DNA of 53,122 nt, from NCBI GenBank assembly GCA_025201805.1, contig MU619407.1, positions 1 to 53,122 of the forward strand. Direction: 5' to 3'. Below the pieces are notes generated by a model. It was given only the letters and a program-made list of their open reading frames with translations. It was not told the origin of the DNA and ran no database searches. This DNA is from Parasitella parasitica NRRL 2501 (taxonomy: Eukaryota > Fungi > Mucoromycota). Below, piece by piece: positions 24,861 to 36,751 of this stretch; position 1 is the first letter of the stretch, and every line of letters begins with the position of its first letter. The translations under genes were made by a program, and so were the position numbers.

Positions 24861-27547
24861 ATGTCCATTGACACATCCAAACTAAGTGAGCTGTTCCACT
24901 ACAAGGAGAACGATGCCCAATTGAAAGGGAAAATCATCAATGTTGTCAACCAAATCCCTTACAACTGCTTTATGCAAAACCAACAAGACAACCATGCATC
25001 AGTTCTCGCCAAGTTGAATTTGAACAGCCACAATTCAGACCTGCTCGACGCCACGCCTATTTCGCATCTGGAAAGAAGAAGACGCTCTACTGTCGTAGCT
25101 CTTGGCCAAACCAACATTTGGCAGCTAGCGACTAGAAGAGGCCATTCGGCCATGTACGCTGCTCTTGATTCGTTGAAAAAAGACTACCCAACCCTTTACA
25201 TTGGTGGCACAGGCACTGTCCTGACTTATCAAGACAAGCAGGCTGTGGATTCCGCTTCTATTACCGACAGCGACAAGGAATCACTCAAGCATTTGCTCAG
25301 GACGAAGCATGACATGGTCCCAATTTTCATTGATGATAAATTATCTTTTGGTCATTATGAAGGCTACAGCAAGCAAGGTAGGTGATACTACGACAGCGAA
25401 TGTCTCGCCTGTGGTCTAATTGTTTCTTCTTGCCTACAGTTCTTTGGCCATTGATGCACTATTTAATGTGGTCAGACAGTGTGGATGAAGTATCATTTTG
25501 GGACGACTACGTTCGAGTAAACCATATATTTGCAAACGAAGCCATTGCCAACTACCAAGAGGGCGATATCAGTAGGTTGAGGCGTTGGACGAGCAAGGGC
25601 GTGTTTACTGACAAGTGATTTATAGTTTGGGTCCACGATTACCATTTGATGCTCGTACCACAGATAATCCGAGAGGCTTTACCGCATGCACCAGTTGGTC
25701 TGTTCATGCACACGCCGTTTCCCAGCTCCGAGATATTTAGATGTCTTCCACGTAAGATCCTTATGTAACAACATATTTGGTTGTAGCAGACACTTACACA
25801 AGCATGTACACTTATCCTAGATCGCAAAGAGGTTTTATTGGGTATTTTGGGCGCAAACGTCGTTGGATTTCAAACCTACAACTACGCCCGGCACTTTGCT
25901 TCCACTTGCACTCGCATTCTGGGCTTCGAGTACACGCCTTCTGGCATACTAGCTAACGGAATCCTGATTCAAATTGAAATCTACCCCATTGGCATTGATG
26001 TTGAAAGAACACGTTACCACTGTCACCGCCCGGGCGTTGCGCCCAAAACCAAAGCCATCCGCGAGCGCTACGCAGGTAAAAAGATTATTATTGGTCGTGA
26101 CAAGCTGGATCCTGTCAAGGGTGTGCTTCAAAAACTGGAAGCGTTTGAAACATTCTTGACAGACTTCCCCGAATGGCGTGAAAAGGTTGTGCTTATACAG
26201 GTGACATCCCCTGGTGTCTTGGGCGCAACCGAGCTTGAAAATAAGGCATCCGAGATTGTGGCCCGCATAAATTCAAAATTCGGCTCCCTTGAATTTACGC
26301 CTGCCAATCTCTTTAACCAGCACATTGATCGCGATGAGTACTATGCTTTGCTCGAAGTCGCTGATATTGGCTTGGTGACACCTATTATCGACGGCATGAA
26401 CACCGCCAGTTTCGAGTATGTTGTCGCACAAGAGCAACAGCATAGTCCATTGATTTTGTCAGAATTTGCCGGTACAGCCAATAGCATGGGTGCTGCAGTC
26501 ATTGTGAACCCTTGGGATTGCAAGGAAGTCGCTCGTGCTATTGAAGAATGCCTATCTATGAGCGAAGAGGAGAAGACGCTGAAATATCAACAGTTGCATA
26601 GGTTTGTTACGTCGCACACTGCGGCCTACTGGGCTAGGTCTTTACTGAACGGCTTGTTAAATAGCCCCAAGAATAATTGGGGCAATACAACGCCTTTGGA
26701 TGTGTCGAGAGTGCAAGCTGAATACAACGGCAGAAAAAAGAGAGCCTTTTTCTTTGACTATGACGGTACATTGGTTCCGATCTGCCAAAATCCTGAAGAT
26801 GCTAAGCCTAGTCAGCAAGTGATTGACATCTTGACCAAGCTTTGTAAAGATCCTGACAATGTCGTTTGGGTTGTTTCTGGTAGAAACAAGGTAAGAATAT
26901 CATGTGACTACATGACGTTTTGACGCATCTATTTATACGGCATGTCGTAGAATTTTTTGGAGAATTGGTTGGGTCATATTCCAAACTTAGGTCTTTCTAG
27001 CGAGCATGGATGCTTTATCAGAGACCCCAACAGCACTGTGTGGGTTAGTCTCATAGACAACTTCGACATGTCTTGGAAGGATGATGTGAAGGAAGTATTT
27101 GAATACTATACTGAACGAACCCCTGGTAGCTTTATTGAAGAAAAGGAATGCGCACTGACGTGGCATTACCGTAAAGCTGATCCTAAATATGGCGCTTTCC
27201 AAGCAAGAGAGTTGCAGAACCATTTGGAGCAGAACGTTGTTGGCAAACTGCCTGTGGAATGCTTGATAGGTAAAATGAACGTTGAGGTGAGGCCCAGCTT
27301 GGTCAACAAGGGTGTCATCATCAAACGTGCCATTACGCAAAACCCAGAGATTGAATTCATGTTTTGTGCCGGCGACGATCGTACGGATGAAGATATGTTC
27401 CGCATTTTGGAAAGAATGGATCTTGGGGGTATTCAAATGATTCAGTTCACTGTGATTGTGGGAAATGTCGATAGAAAAACGCTTGCAAATTGGAAACTTG
27501 ATTCCCATCAAGATTTACTTGAAATTTTACAAACACTGATTGAATAA
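24861..27547 (+). CDS. TPS2: Trehalose-6-phosphate phosphatase / TPS complex subunit (GT20-like + HAD), 5 exons
   Basis: WVHDYHLMLVP, FMHTPFPSSEIFRCLP, GRDKLD, DGMNT (Tps2-type), HAD motifs FFDYDGTL, VSGR, GDDRTDEDMF. Confidence 0.92.
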
Positions 27548-27584
27548 AATGGCTTCATAGTTAATACTATTATATCAGAGAGGG

Positions 27585-28136
27585 TTATAGGCTTGAAGGA
27601 CCAAAACCTGCTTGATTTAAGGCGCTCTGTCTTGCAATTTGAATCTTGAAAGGCAGGGGATGTAGTAGGGACTTGTAGTAGGTAATACTGTTGAGACGAA
27701 GAAGTCGACGACGTATTGTGGGAGGAGACGTCGAGATAAAAGCAGGAGCAGCAATGGGATGAATGAGAAGGCTGAAACTAAAGGAACGTAAAGATGGGAT
27801 AAAGTAGCATCGACGAAAATAAAGCTTGAAAAGTAGCTGGAAGGTGGCAATACGGTTACAAACAGTGCGATGATGGACAAATTGGGTAAAGGATTGGCAA
27901 AGACGAAGAGACTGATTCTCCATGCCCAATAGAAATACATTGCATACTAGACAAAGGTTGCCAGTTCCGAAGATCAGGCAAATCTCCTTTTCTGGGAAGT
28001 AAGCACATAACGGTCTTAGCCAACTCGCTGCAAAAATGCCTAATAAAAGAGCATCGTTGAAGACAATTGCGGCCAAGTTGGCAGTAGCTGAATGCTTGAG
28101 CATAGTGTAATAAATCACTTGAGGATTTCCATTCAT
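27585..28136 (-). CDS. Hypothetical 183-aa ORF (unrecognised)
   Basis: ATG-initiated uninterrupted ORF between TPS2 and VPS39; no motif recognised. Confidence 0.3.
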   Translation of the reverse strand: MNGNPQVIYYTMLKHSATANLAAIVFNDALLLGIFAASWLRPLCAYFPEKEICLIFGTGNLCLVCNVFLLGMENQSLRLCQSFTQFVHHRTVCNRIATFQLLFKLYFRRCYFIPSLRSFSFSLLIHPIAAPAFISTSPPTIRRRLLRLNSITYYKSLLHPLPFKIQIARQSALNQAGFGPSSL

Positions 28137-28268
28137 GCCGAGACTGGAGGCAAGTGAGATACGTTCAGTATCCTGGAGTAGATCAAGAATTAGAGATAAT
28201 TTACTTTAGAGATCAAATAGATATTAGAAAAGAACACTCAGGATAAAAGATAGGGTATTAGGCTTTTA

Positions 28269-31200
28269 TTATAAAATCTTCCATTGAGTCTGTTCAATCT
28301 TTTCTTTGCAAGAGTAATGAACTACTACACCATTTGGAAAGACTGCAAATACACTAAGCAACAATGAGTTATATAAAACGAACAAAACCAATAAGAAAAT
28401 AAGCGATGATACCTGTTTCCAATTCTTTTGTTACACTGTGGGCACATTCGATCTTCAGTTATTTTGACAGCTCGAGACCTGTAAAACATCAATTGTTCCT
28501 CAACCTACATTTAAATTGATGTGTTGGTATCTTTCATCAACAATGCGCAAACTAAACAAACCTGAATCTGCTCGGCTTTCAACAAGTTTTTAACAACTAG
28601 ATCCATATTTCGATTCTTGTTTGTCTCCCTAATATACTTTTCAAAAAATGGGAATAGACCATACAGCATTGTTGATGAAGGCAGGATGGCCAAAACTTGA
28701 CTTGCATCAATATGAGATCCATGGTGTGCTAACAAATCTAAAGCAGGTTCAATCAAGGGCTTTTGCTGATTGCTTGTAGGCTGTAAATAGACTTTGAGCA
28801 ACGTTAAATACATTTTTTCTCCCTTGGCTGGATCCTCTTGGTATACTTTTGTACAGTATCTTTTGTAGTTGTTAGACAGGATAATGAGGTGTGGGCCATT
28901 CTTCTTTCACTTACTCTTCAGCCATGACGTAGTTTTCGAGTTTGTATACATAAATATCCAAAGCTTGATCGTGTTGTCCTATACGACTAAGAAGGATTGC
29001 TCGTTCCTCGAACAAATCTAAATACGAATAAGCTGTTACTATTAAACTATTAGAATGCACTTGTCATCAATAAATACCATCTATAGGTAATCGAGATAAT
29101 ATCTTTTCAGCTTTATAGCAGGACGACTCTGTCAGAAAAGAGATAAGCCTTGAACGCACATTCACTATAATTTCTTTGTCGACTAAAATAAACATGTTAG
29201 ATTGCAACAACTAAACTACTATGTGAAGTTCATTTACCTCCTTTCTTTTCAGAATTAATTTTATCGAGATAAGCTATAACAAGTCTGTTGTGAAATTCTG
29301 TCGATTCATCATGTAGTTCTTCAATGATATATTCCAGATACTGTATAGCCAAGTCGCTAGAGATAGATTCCAGGTGGTGCAGTACTTCTTGTCGTGGGAA
29401 TGTCTCTATCTCTGTTAAATCATCGATAAAGATCTAATGACGGTCATAAACATTGAATAAAGCCTGACTTGTATACATGTTTACATAATAACTTACATCC
29501 ATGCCATGCTTTGGATCCTTTTCCAGCACCCAGCGAGAATATTGCAATACAAGATCAAAATGATCTAACCCTAGCTTTTGTAGATAGCGAATGGTTGGCA
29601 ACACGCCTCGTAAGGGTCCATCCTGTTGCTTTCCTAGTCTATTTAAATGTCTTGAGCTCCTGTGTAGTATCAGGTTGTATATGCAGCCCTACTTTTCTAG
29701 TAAATCCAACGCCCTCGCATGCAATGCTTTACAGTTATATAAGTCGACCAATTCCTTGTACTTCTGCACTCGAATTTTTTAAATAAGTTTTGCGTTCATA
29801 CAACATTGTTCAATTTACCTTCTTATCCATCAAGATATTTTCGCATTCTTCCACATCACAGTGATTTTGAACCCGAAGTAAAGGACCAACAAGAGCGTCA
29901 TTTGTCATCATATACGATTTCAGTAACGAGGTATCTACCAAACTAGCTTGATGAAGTACATCATCGCCCTCTTCATTGGTGCTTTCAGCAGAAGACGACT
30001 TTAGTGAAGCACTATTGTTTAATTTTCTTGCTAATTTCTGTCTCTTATCGGTAAGATAACGGATCAAGTAGCTGACAGCATCTCTTAGATTTAATCCAGT
30101 TAGGGGTACTGTCTCTTTCTTTTTCAAATGTTGGCTTTGGTGACTTGTCACTGTTGTTGCCTTACTTCTGATGGATGCTGCACGGCTGGGAGGGCGACTG
30201 TTGTTGTCTTCGTTGCCATGAATGAAAGCATTTGCTTTTCTGCTACTAGGCGAAAGTAATTCATCATCATCTTGCAGATCCTGCTCATTAGTAGGGTCAT
30301 CCTCTTGTTCCTGGTTTTTGTTTGCCAGGCTACCAGATATCATTTCTGGATAAAGGCTGATGACTTCTGCTGCTGGAGTATCTAACTCTTGAAATAATCC
30401 AAGCGCTGTATCGTATTCTCCGCATCGAAACAAATCGTGTGCATAAGCCGTGCGGATTGCGTTGAGTTTCTTTTCCTTATCTTCAACCAGAACAGCATCA
30501 ATTTGATCTAATAAACTCACTGCTTCTTTATATTCTTGCTTTTCAACTAGCTGGTCAACCTGAACCGAAAAGCTAAATGGTGTTAAACGGTAAATTTGAG
30601 ATGCACTGGCTACATAGACCAGCTTTCCTTGGTTGAGAAATTTGGTGTTGGACAGATCAATCTGCTGCACAAGCGTTAAGGTTTGAATATTACGGACTTC
30701 CACGTGCTTTGGTAAGATCGCAATGACATACGGATATGAATACCCTATTTGCTCTGGTGTACCTGACCATTCGATACCCACTTTTCGTGTTGGAGTGCCA
30801 TCCAAACCTAAAAAGATGCTGACATCTACGTATAAACAGCTTGTTAGTAATGCAGATCTATTTCTCTGAAACTAAGGAATTTACGGTCTCTAGCAAGTAG
30901 CATTTCATTGTTCGGAATTTTGGTGATCATAGGCTTTCCACCTCTTGCACCAATAGACATGTTGTATAAACTGTTCAAGGTGCTTATTGGCCCTGCGTCT
31001 GTTACGCCTGTGGGGGCAAATAATTCTGTCAGTTGGCCTTTTTCAACGTCCATCAATGCATATTCCGTAGAGAAGCCCAAGCAAATCTTAGTGGTACCGA
31101 CCCAAGACATTGTTTTTATACGATCTGGTATATTGAGTTCCTTTGTTTCGAAAAACTCTGTATCTTTCCATACAAATACAAGCAGCTTTTTTCGAACAGC

Positions 31201-31809
31201 AACAGCTAATCGAGTGGTCAACACTGGGATTTGTTCTTCAGGGCTCATTTCTACCATAGTCTGGATGGCAAATAAATTGGCTCCTTTGGTTTTTCCTAAT
31301 GCCATTCGTAATTCAAAAGAGCGCAAATCATGGAGGCTGACCAAGCCGTCTACAAGTACTCCATCAGCAACTAACCGAAAAATGTCATGCTAAAAATTAT
31401 GCTTTGTACCTGAAAGTGATACCAATACGTCGATTTCCTTAATGATATCCAGCTGCTCAATAGGCTTCTTTGAGAATTGCTTGATAGTTTGCACAAGAGC
31501 TACTTCAGGTAACTGTTTATCATCGGCAACTAGATGTTGATTTAATTAGTTAGTTGCTTTGTATTGCAAGAGAAATCCAGGGCATTTTCTGTTGTTGATT
31601 AACACTTACATAAAGGCTCCTTGGTATCATATACAAGCAGCTGTCCAACGCCTGTGCCTATCAAAAGTCTATCGCCTAAATCAGCAGTTTATGAATACTA
31701 GAATCTTTCTATATATCGTGTTGCAGGTTTTTTCTTTACCGTGGGCGAAGATGGATTCGATACGAGTAAGTTTATCAACTACTGTTGTAACTTGAAAAGC
31801 GTCATGCAT
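28269..31809 (-). CDS. VPS39: HOPS subunit Vam6/Vps39 (CNH domain + Vps39_1/Vps39_2 + C-terminal Zn finger), ~12 exons
   Basis: MHDAFQVTTVV start, KQFSKKPIEQL, LVGPLLRVQNHC, FEERAILLSRIGQHDQAL, RMCPQCNKRIGN|SVFAVFPNGVVVHYSC. Confidence 0.93.
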
Positions 31810-33028
31810 CGTTTTTGTCGAATATCGCTCACAATGAAAGATTGATCAATAAAAACAGGCTAGTAAGGGATAAAGTAAAGTCTTTATAAAGTGTATCATC
31901 TTTTTTTCCATTCAAGCATTGCGCCTATTGAATGAAACGATCCTGCTGCGTTTGTGACCTCATCGTCGCTTAAGCAATCGAATTCTCAACATCATTCAAC
32001 TTGGCCATCTTTAAAGTATTGTTATATATTATTGAACTCTTTTAATTGCGCGATAACTATAACATGGTATGCAACACTACACAAAGCGTTTTTTCCTGCT
32101 TTTTTTTTTTTTTCTTCATTAAATCAACCTTAACATTGAGCAATATTGAATAGATATCGCTGCTTTTTCAAATATCATATATAAAAATTACTGTCTTCAA
32201 TAGCTCCAGCCGTAACAATAAAAGATTTCTTAGCCTTCCATAAAGGAACGGAAGTAAGTTGATAAACCATAAATATATTATTTTACTTTTTCAGATATTT
32301 ACTAATGTTTCAGTAAAGTATCAACCTACAACAATGCGTGATATACCCTCTTTTGTAAAATACTGTGGTATCAACAAGTAGGACTCTTCAAAAGGGCATG
32401 TCAAAGTAAATCCTCTCTTTTTCTATATGTTTTATAGAAATAGAACACCCAAGAATTCTTGCGTTGCTACCGCGGTTATTAGTCAACGCTTTCGCTAAGT
32501 GTAAAGCGATATATATAAAAGTAACTTTGCTCCGCTTGTAAAAATAAATAGGCAAACCTTTCTAATCAATTAGTTTGAAGTGGTGAATAAATTTGATTCA
32601 GTGCATTTATTATTAACAAAACGCATATTAAACAAATACACGTGAGGCCAATGTCTAGAATCTATTTTATTCTTGGAATAACACTGACATGGCAAAATAT
32701 CACTGTAATACAAAACAAATTAAGGAGTTTTCATTGTCAGGAACCGACTGACAAAAAAAAAGTTATTTTTGAGTGAAACTAAATATATAAACAAGATGTG
32801 AGGAGGGCCAAAACCACAACGATTAAAAGTGTATTCAGTGGTATAGTATTTTTCAAAGGATCGGGACAGGGACCTTTCAATTTCAATCGGATAAAAAATT
32901 TGTGAAAGCGTACAAAAACCACTCCAATTTTTTTTCAATGTCTATAAGTCTTTCTTTCTTTTCTTGATCTTTCCTTTCCCAATTACACCCGCTAGCTTAC
33001 ACTCATTTATAACAATTTTTTCTGCAAC

Positions 33029-33960
33029 ATGTCAGAGTACTACCAACACCAGCAGCAACATCTAATCAACACTGATTCAATGAATCAGCAACCCATTTTA
33101 CATCAGCCTCCAGTTGTGTATGGTGACTACAGCATGTACAATCATCATCAATTGCAATATTACCATTCTTTACGCTATTGCCTTCCTTTCCCTCCTCAAC
33201 AACAGCAACAATCGACTAGATCAAGTCCAATCTCAACTGCATCTTCAAATGAATCTCCTCTCACTCCTCCAACTATGAACAACAATAACAAACACTCTAT
33301 TCATGTTCCACAAGGAACAACACCATCCTTGATGGTCAATCCTCTTGTACCCCCTCTCCCTACTTTGCCATCTCAGCAGCAGTTGCAATTCGTGGATAGA
33401 AATACGAAATCAACGGAAGAACGTGTGAAAGAGACAGTTGCTCGGGCCAATGCTGTTCCAATGGAGTTTTACCAGACTGAATTCTTTGAGTATTCCAATC
33501 CATCATCGCAACAGACGAGTAGAAAAAGAAGGCGCATCACAACAGTAACAGATAAAAATGATACAGAGCAAGAGTGTGGTAATGACAGAAAGAGAAGGAT
33601 TGACAAGGACGAGTAAGTTGCGCTTNNNNNNNNNNNNNNNNNNNNNNNNNNNNNNNNNNNTAGTCTTGGTAAACATGGCAATTAATGTATTTCGACATTT
33701 TATCCAGTGATGAATTACGCCGTCAGGTTCATATTCAATCAGAACAAAAAAGACGTGCTCAAATCAAAGATGGCTTTGAAGAGCTAAGAAACCACTTGCC
33801 GGGCTGCAGCCACAAGAAATTAAGTAAGGCTGCACTACTGACTCGCACCGTGCAACAGTTAGAACACATGAAAAAGATGCAAAACGAACTTTTAGCTGAA
33901 GTCAAAAGACTTGTCAACGAGAACTCCAACTTGAGGAAATTTGCTGCAACATCTACTTGA
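33029..33960 (+). CDS. bHLH(-ZIP) transcription factor (Mlx/Max-like), 2 exons, intron spans a gap
   Basis: RRQVHIQSEQKRRAQIKDGFEELRNHLP..KLSKAALL..coiled coil; Q/P/S-rich N-terminus. Confidence 0.85.
33626..33660. other. Assembly gap (35 N) inside bHLH intron
   Basis: Run of n. Confidence 1.
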
Positions 33961-34200
33961 ACTGGTGCTACTAGATCACTATAAATATGAAATATCGTGT
34001 ATAATTGAATACCTTATCGAATACCTCTATTAAACACTACTTTCTGCGTCATTATTTTGTTCACATAGCAACTATTGTATACACACATAAGCTAAATTTA
34101 GCATTAACTAGGTTGTACATACAAGCAGCTTGCTGTTGTGTGCGTGTGTGCTAATGATTGTGTTCTCAACTACTTTTTCTCTCTTTCTTTTTTCTCTAGC

Positions 34201-35451
34201 ATGAGAGCATTCAAAGGGTTTGCAATCGTCTATTTGATATTTTGCTCCAGTATTGCATTACAACAAGAGGATGGAAGTGGCGTTTGCTCATTCATAAGTG
34301 GGGAAGGCTGTCTGAATGGAGTTTGCAAATTTTGTGCTATGTGTCTACCAAGTGCATGTATATTAGCTACACCGTATTCTACAGGAGATAACGAAGGATC
34401 CACATGTGCAGTGACAAATCAGCCGTACGGCTATGATTTTTACAATTACTGCTTGTCATCCGGCTTGAAAATTTCTGGTGATAATTCCGATAGTAATGAC
34501 GATGGAGGTAAACATAAAAAGATGATACCCATATCAATTATGCCCACATTGTGTATTCATACATTACATGCATCATGTGTTTCAGATTATTGTAATACAA
34601 GTACTGCTTGTTATCCTTACAGACAAGGCGATTTGAAGCAACAGCACATTTGGGACAATTTGACATGCAACGACTCTTGTCAGCTCACATCAAACGACGG
34701 ATCTCCGCTACCTATACCCATTCCAATTACACACATTTCAGTAACAACAAGCATACATCATCCATTTACAGGCACAATGAGTAGTGGCAACATAAATCCT
34801 CACCGTAATCAATTTGATCCAAGAACAAAGAGCCCTGCGTCGATCGCGCTTGTTTCAGTGTTTTCAATTGTTTCCGTTTTCCTGGCAATATGGCTAGTAA
34901 GGATAGTGTTTTATAAAACTAAATACTGGCCGTGGATCAACAAGTATTTCTTCTGTAACTTCTGTAGACCAGCTATTGTGCCTTTACAAGCGCCTCAATT
35001 AACATCATCATTAACACAAGATACAGAATCAACACCCAGCTCAAGACCTCCTTCATTTCAATCAAATAATCTTGTACTATATTCAGCAATACATCAACAT
35101 GGTAGCAACAGCAGTAATAGCAGTAATAGTAGTCTACCTTATTATTGTCAAGATCCTACGCTGCCAAAATATGAGCAAGCTATTGTCACACAAATACGTG
35201 GAATGTCATTTTCTGATCACCACCCTTCATCTTCATCTTCATCAACACAACAGCAACATCCACAACCTATTTGGGTACCTCTTTATTTATCTTCGTCGCC
35301 CGTCAATAATTCAACTATTGTGAGTTCGCCGATATTTAATTCTTATTTGCCTTTAAATGCAGATTGGGCCAGGCCTGTAAATACCAGACATCAAACTTCG
35401 CTGTCAATAGAAGAAATAACAGAACAACAAGATGAGGGAAGAAGGCCTTGA
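34201..35451 (+). CDS. Hypothetical type I membrane protein: signal peptide, Cys-rich ectodomain, one TM, cytosolic LPxY motifs
   Basis: MRAFKGFAIVYLIFCSSIA; many Cys; TM IALVSVFSIVSVFLAIWLVRIVFY; LPYY, LPKY; possible in-frame intron 34508-34585. Confidence 0.7.
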   Translation: MRAFKGFAIVYLIFCSSIALQQEDGSGVCSFISGEGCLNGVCKFCAMCLPSACILATPYSTGDNEGSTCAVTNQPYGYDFYNYCLSSGLKISGDNSDSNDDGGKHKKMIPISIMPTLCIHTLHASCVSDYCNTSTACYPYRQGDLKQQHIWDNLTCNDSCQLTSNDGSPLPIPIPITHISVTTSIHHPFTGTMSSGNINPHRNQFDPRTKSPASIALVSVFSIVSVFLAIWLVRIVFYKTKYWPWINKYFFCNFCRPAIVPLQAPQLTSSLTQDTESTPSSRPPSFQSNNLVLYSAIHQHGSNSSNSSNSSLPYYCQDPTLPKYEQAIVTQIRGMSFSDHHPSSSSSSTQQQHPQPIWVPLYLSSSPVNNSTIVSSPIFNSYLPLNADWARPVNTRHQTSLSIEEITEQQDEGRRP

Positions 35452-35614
35452 AGGACACAAATGTAATGAATTTGTTTCCTCAAAAATTTCATACATGGCG
35501 ATGAAAGGATTACACAAAACTAAGGAGTTTCACAAACTCATTGTTTTATAGGGGAAAATTACATATAAAGCAGAATGCTTATAAGGAGGAGCATGTAAAT
35601 ATGTGTTTTCCTTT

Positions 35615-35627
35615 TTATTATTATTAA

Positions 35628-35659
<32 letters not shown>
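35615..35659. repeat. (TTA)n microsatellite
   Basis: Direct reading; explains the poly-Leu start of the ORF-track 35603 ORF. Confidence 0.92.
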
Positions 35660-35660
<1 letters not shown>

Positions 35661-35773
35661 TGTTTCTTTTATTAAGGGAAGCAAGAGAACTTAAAAACTA
35701 TCATCTTCTGTTAAAAATTCATATCAGCATTCGATTTCATTTTTATGACCTTCCAAACAGCATTCATCGTAAA

Positions 35774-36346
35774 ATGAAAACCACAGGTTTGTCGATATTA
35801 TCATCTTCAATTAGCAACAAAAATAATAAATGGAGATATCTGGTTCATTTGGCATATATAACAATTCTTATATCACTCTCTATCACTATACCAATCGTCT
35901 ATAGCCTAACAGGAACGCCGCCCTACTGGGCTATCACCATTTTATTTGTTATTCCCTTTCTGATATATGTTTTGCTTTTGATGATAATAAGGCCAAAGAA
36001 CACCATCACAACAGCGACCACAACAACAGTAACAAGCGTACCTGTTGCAGACATGGAACAAGATCAAGATGAAATTACAGGTTTACAACGACATATAATA
36101 GACGAGGAGGCAGAAGACAATGACGATGGAGTCCTTTCGTCGATAGACAATACTAGCTATAATCCATCTACCGTAGGGATACCACCAAGCTCATTTCTGG
36201 CGCCTACTATTCATCCACAAGCGTCTATTCGATCTTCAAGCTTAGACTATACACCTCCTCCGCCTGCTTACCAGGACATGATCTATCCGCCTTCTTATCG
36301 ATCTACTAATTCTACAAAAGATGATAATGTCTCTATTGTGTATTGA
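35774..36346 (+). CDS. Hypothetical two-TM protein with PPxY motifs
   Basis: ATG 35774 MKTTGLS; two hydrophobic helices; tail PPPPAY and YPPSY. Confidence 0.7.
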   Translation: MKTTGLSILSSSISNKNNKWRYLVHLAYITILISLSITIPIVYSLTGTPPYWAITILFVIPFLIYVLLLMIIRPKNTITTATTTTVTSVPVADMEQDQDEITGLQRHIIDEEAEDNDDGVLSSIDNTSYNPSTVGIPPSSFLAPTIHPQASIRSSSLDYTPPPPAYQDMIYPPSYRSTNSTKDDNVSIVY

Positions 36347-36663
36347 TTTAAAATTAACATAGTAAATAAAGCTCTCATACATATTCCAGTTGTAAATACA
36401 CATTTTGCAATTTGCAATACGTTGAAAGATAGACAGAGATCATATGGACATATAACTCCTTTTAATCTAGACGAGATCAGTTGTAAAGACCTGGCTTGAT
36501 TAATAAAAAAATTTATTCACATACTGGATGTTAACACGTATCAAGGCACTTGTGTACACGACACAAGCTAATGAGTTTGCTCAAAACAATTTGGCTTGTT
36601 CACGTACAACCAAAATCTGATAAACATTGTTTTTCTTCTCTTTTTACAATTTAGTTTGAAATG

Positions 36664-36732
<69 letters not shown>
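36664..36732. repeat. Homopolymer A69 (T69 on minus strand) just downstream of ELL stop
   Basis: Direct reading. Confidence 0.95.
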
Positions 36733-36735
<3 letters not shown>

Positions 36736-36751
36736 AAAGAAAAGCAGCGGG

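Noticed and set aside
35603-35773. Poly-Leu 'signal peptide' at start of the 247-aa ORF
   Set aside because: Translation of a (TTA)n microsatellite from a GTG start; ATG at 35774 is more plausible
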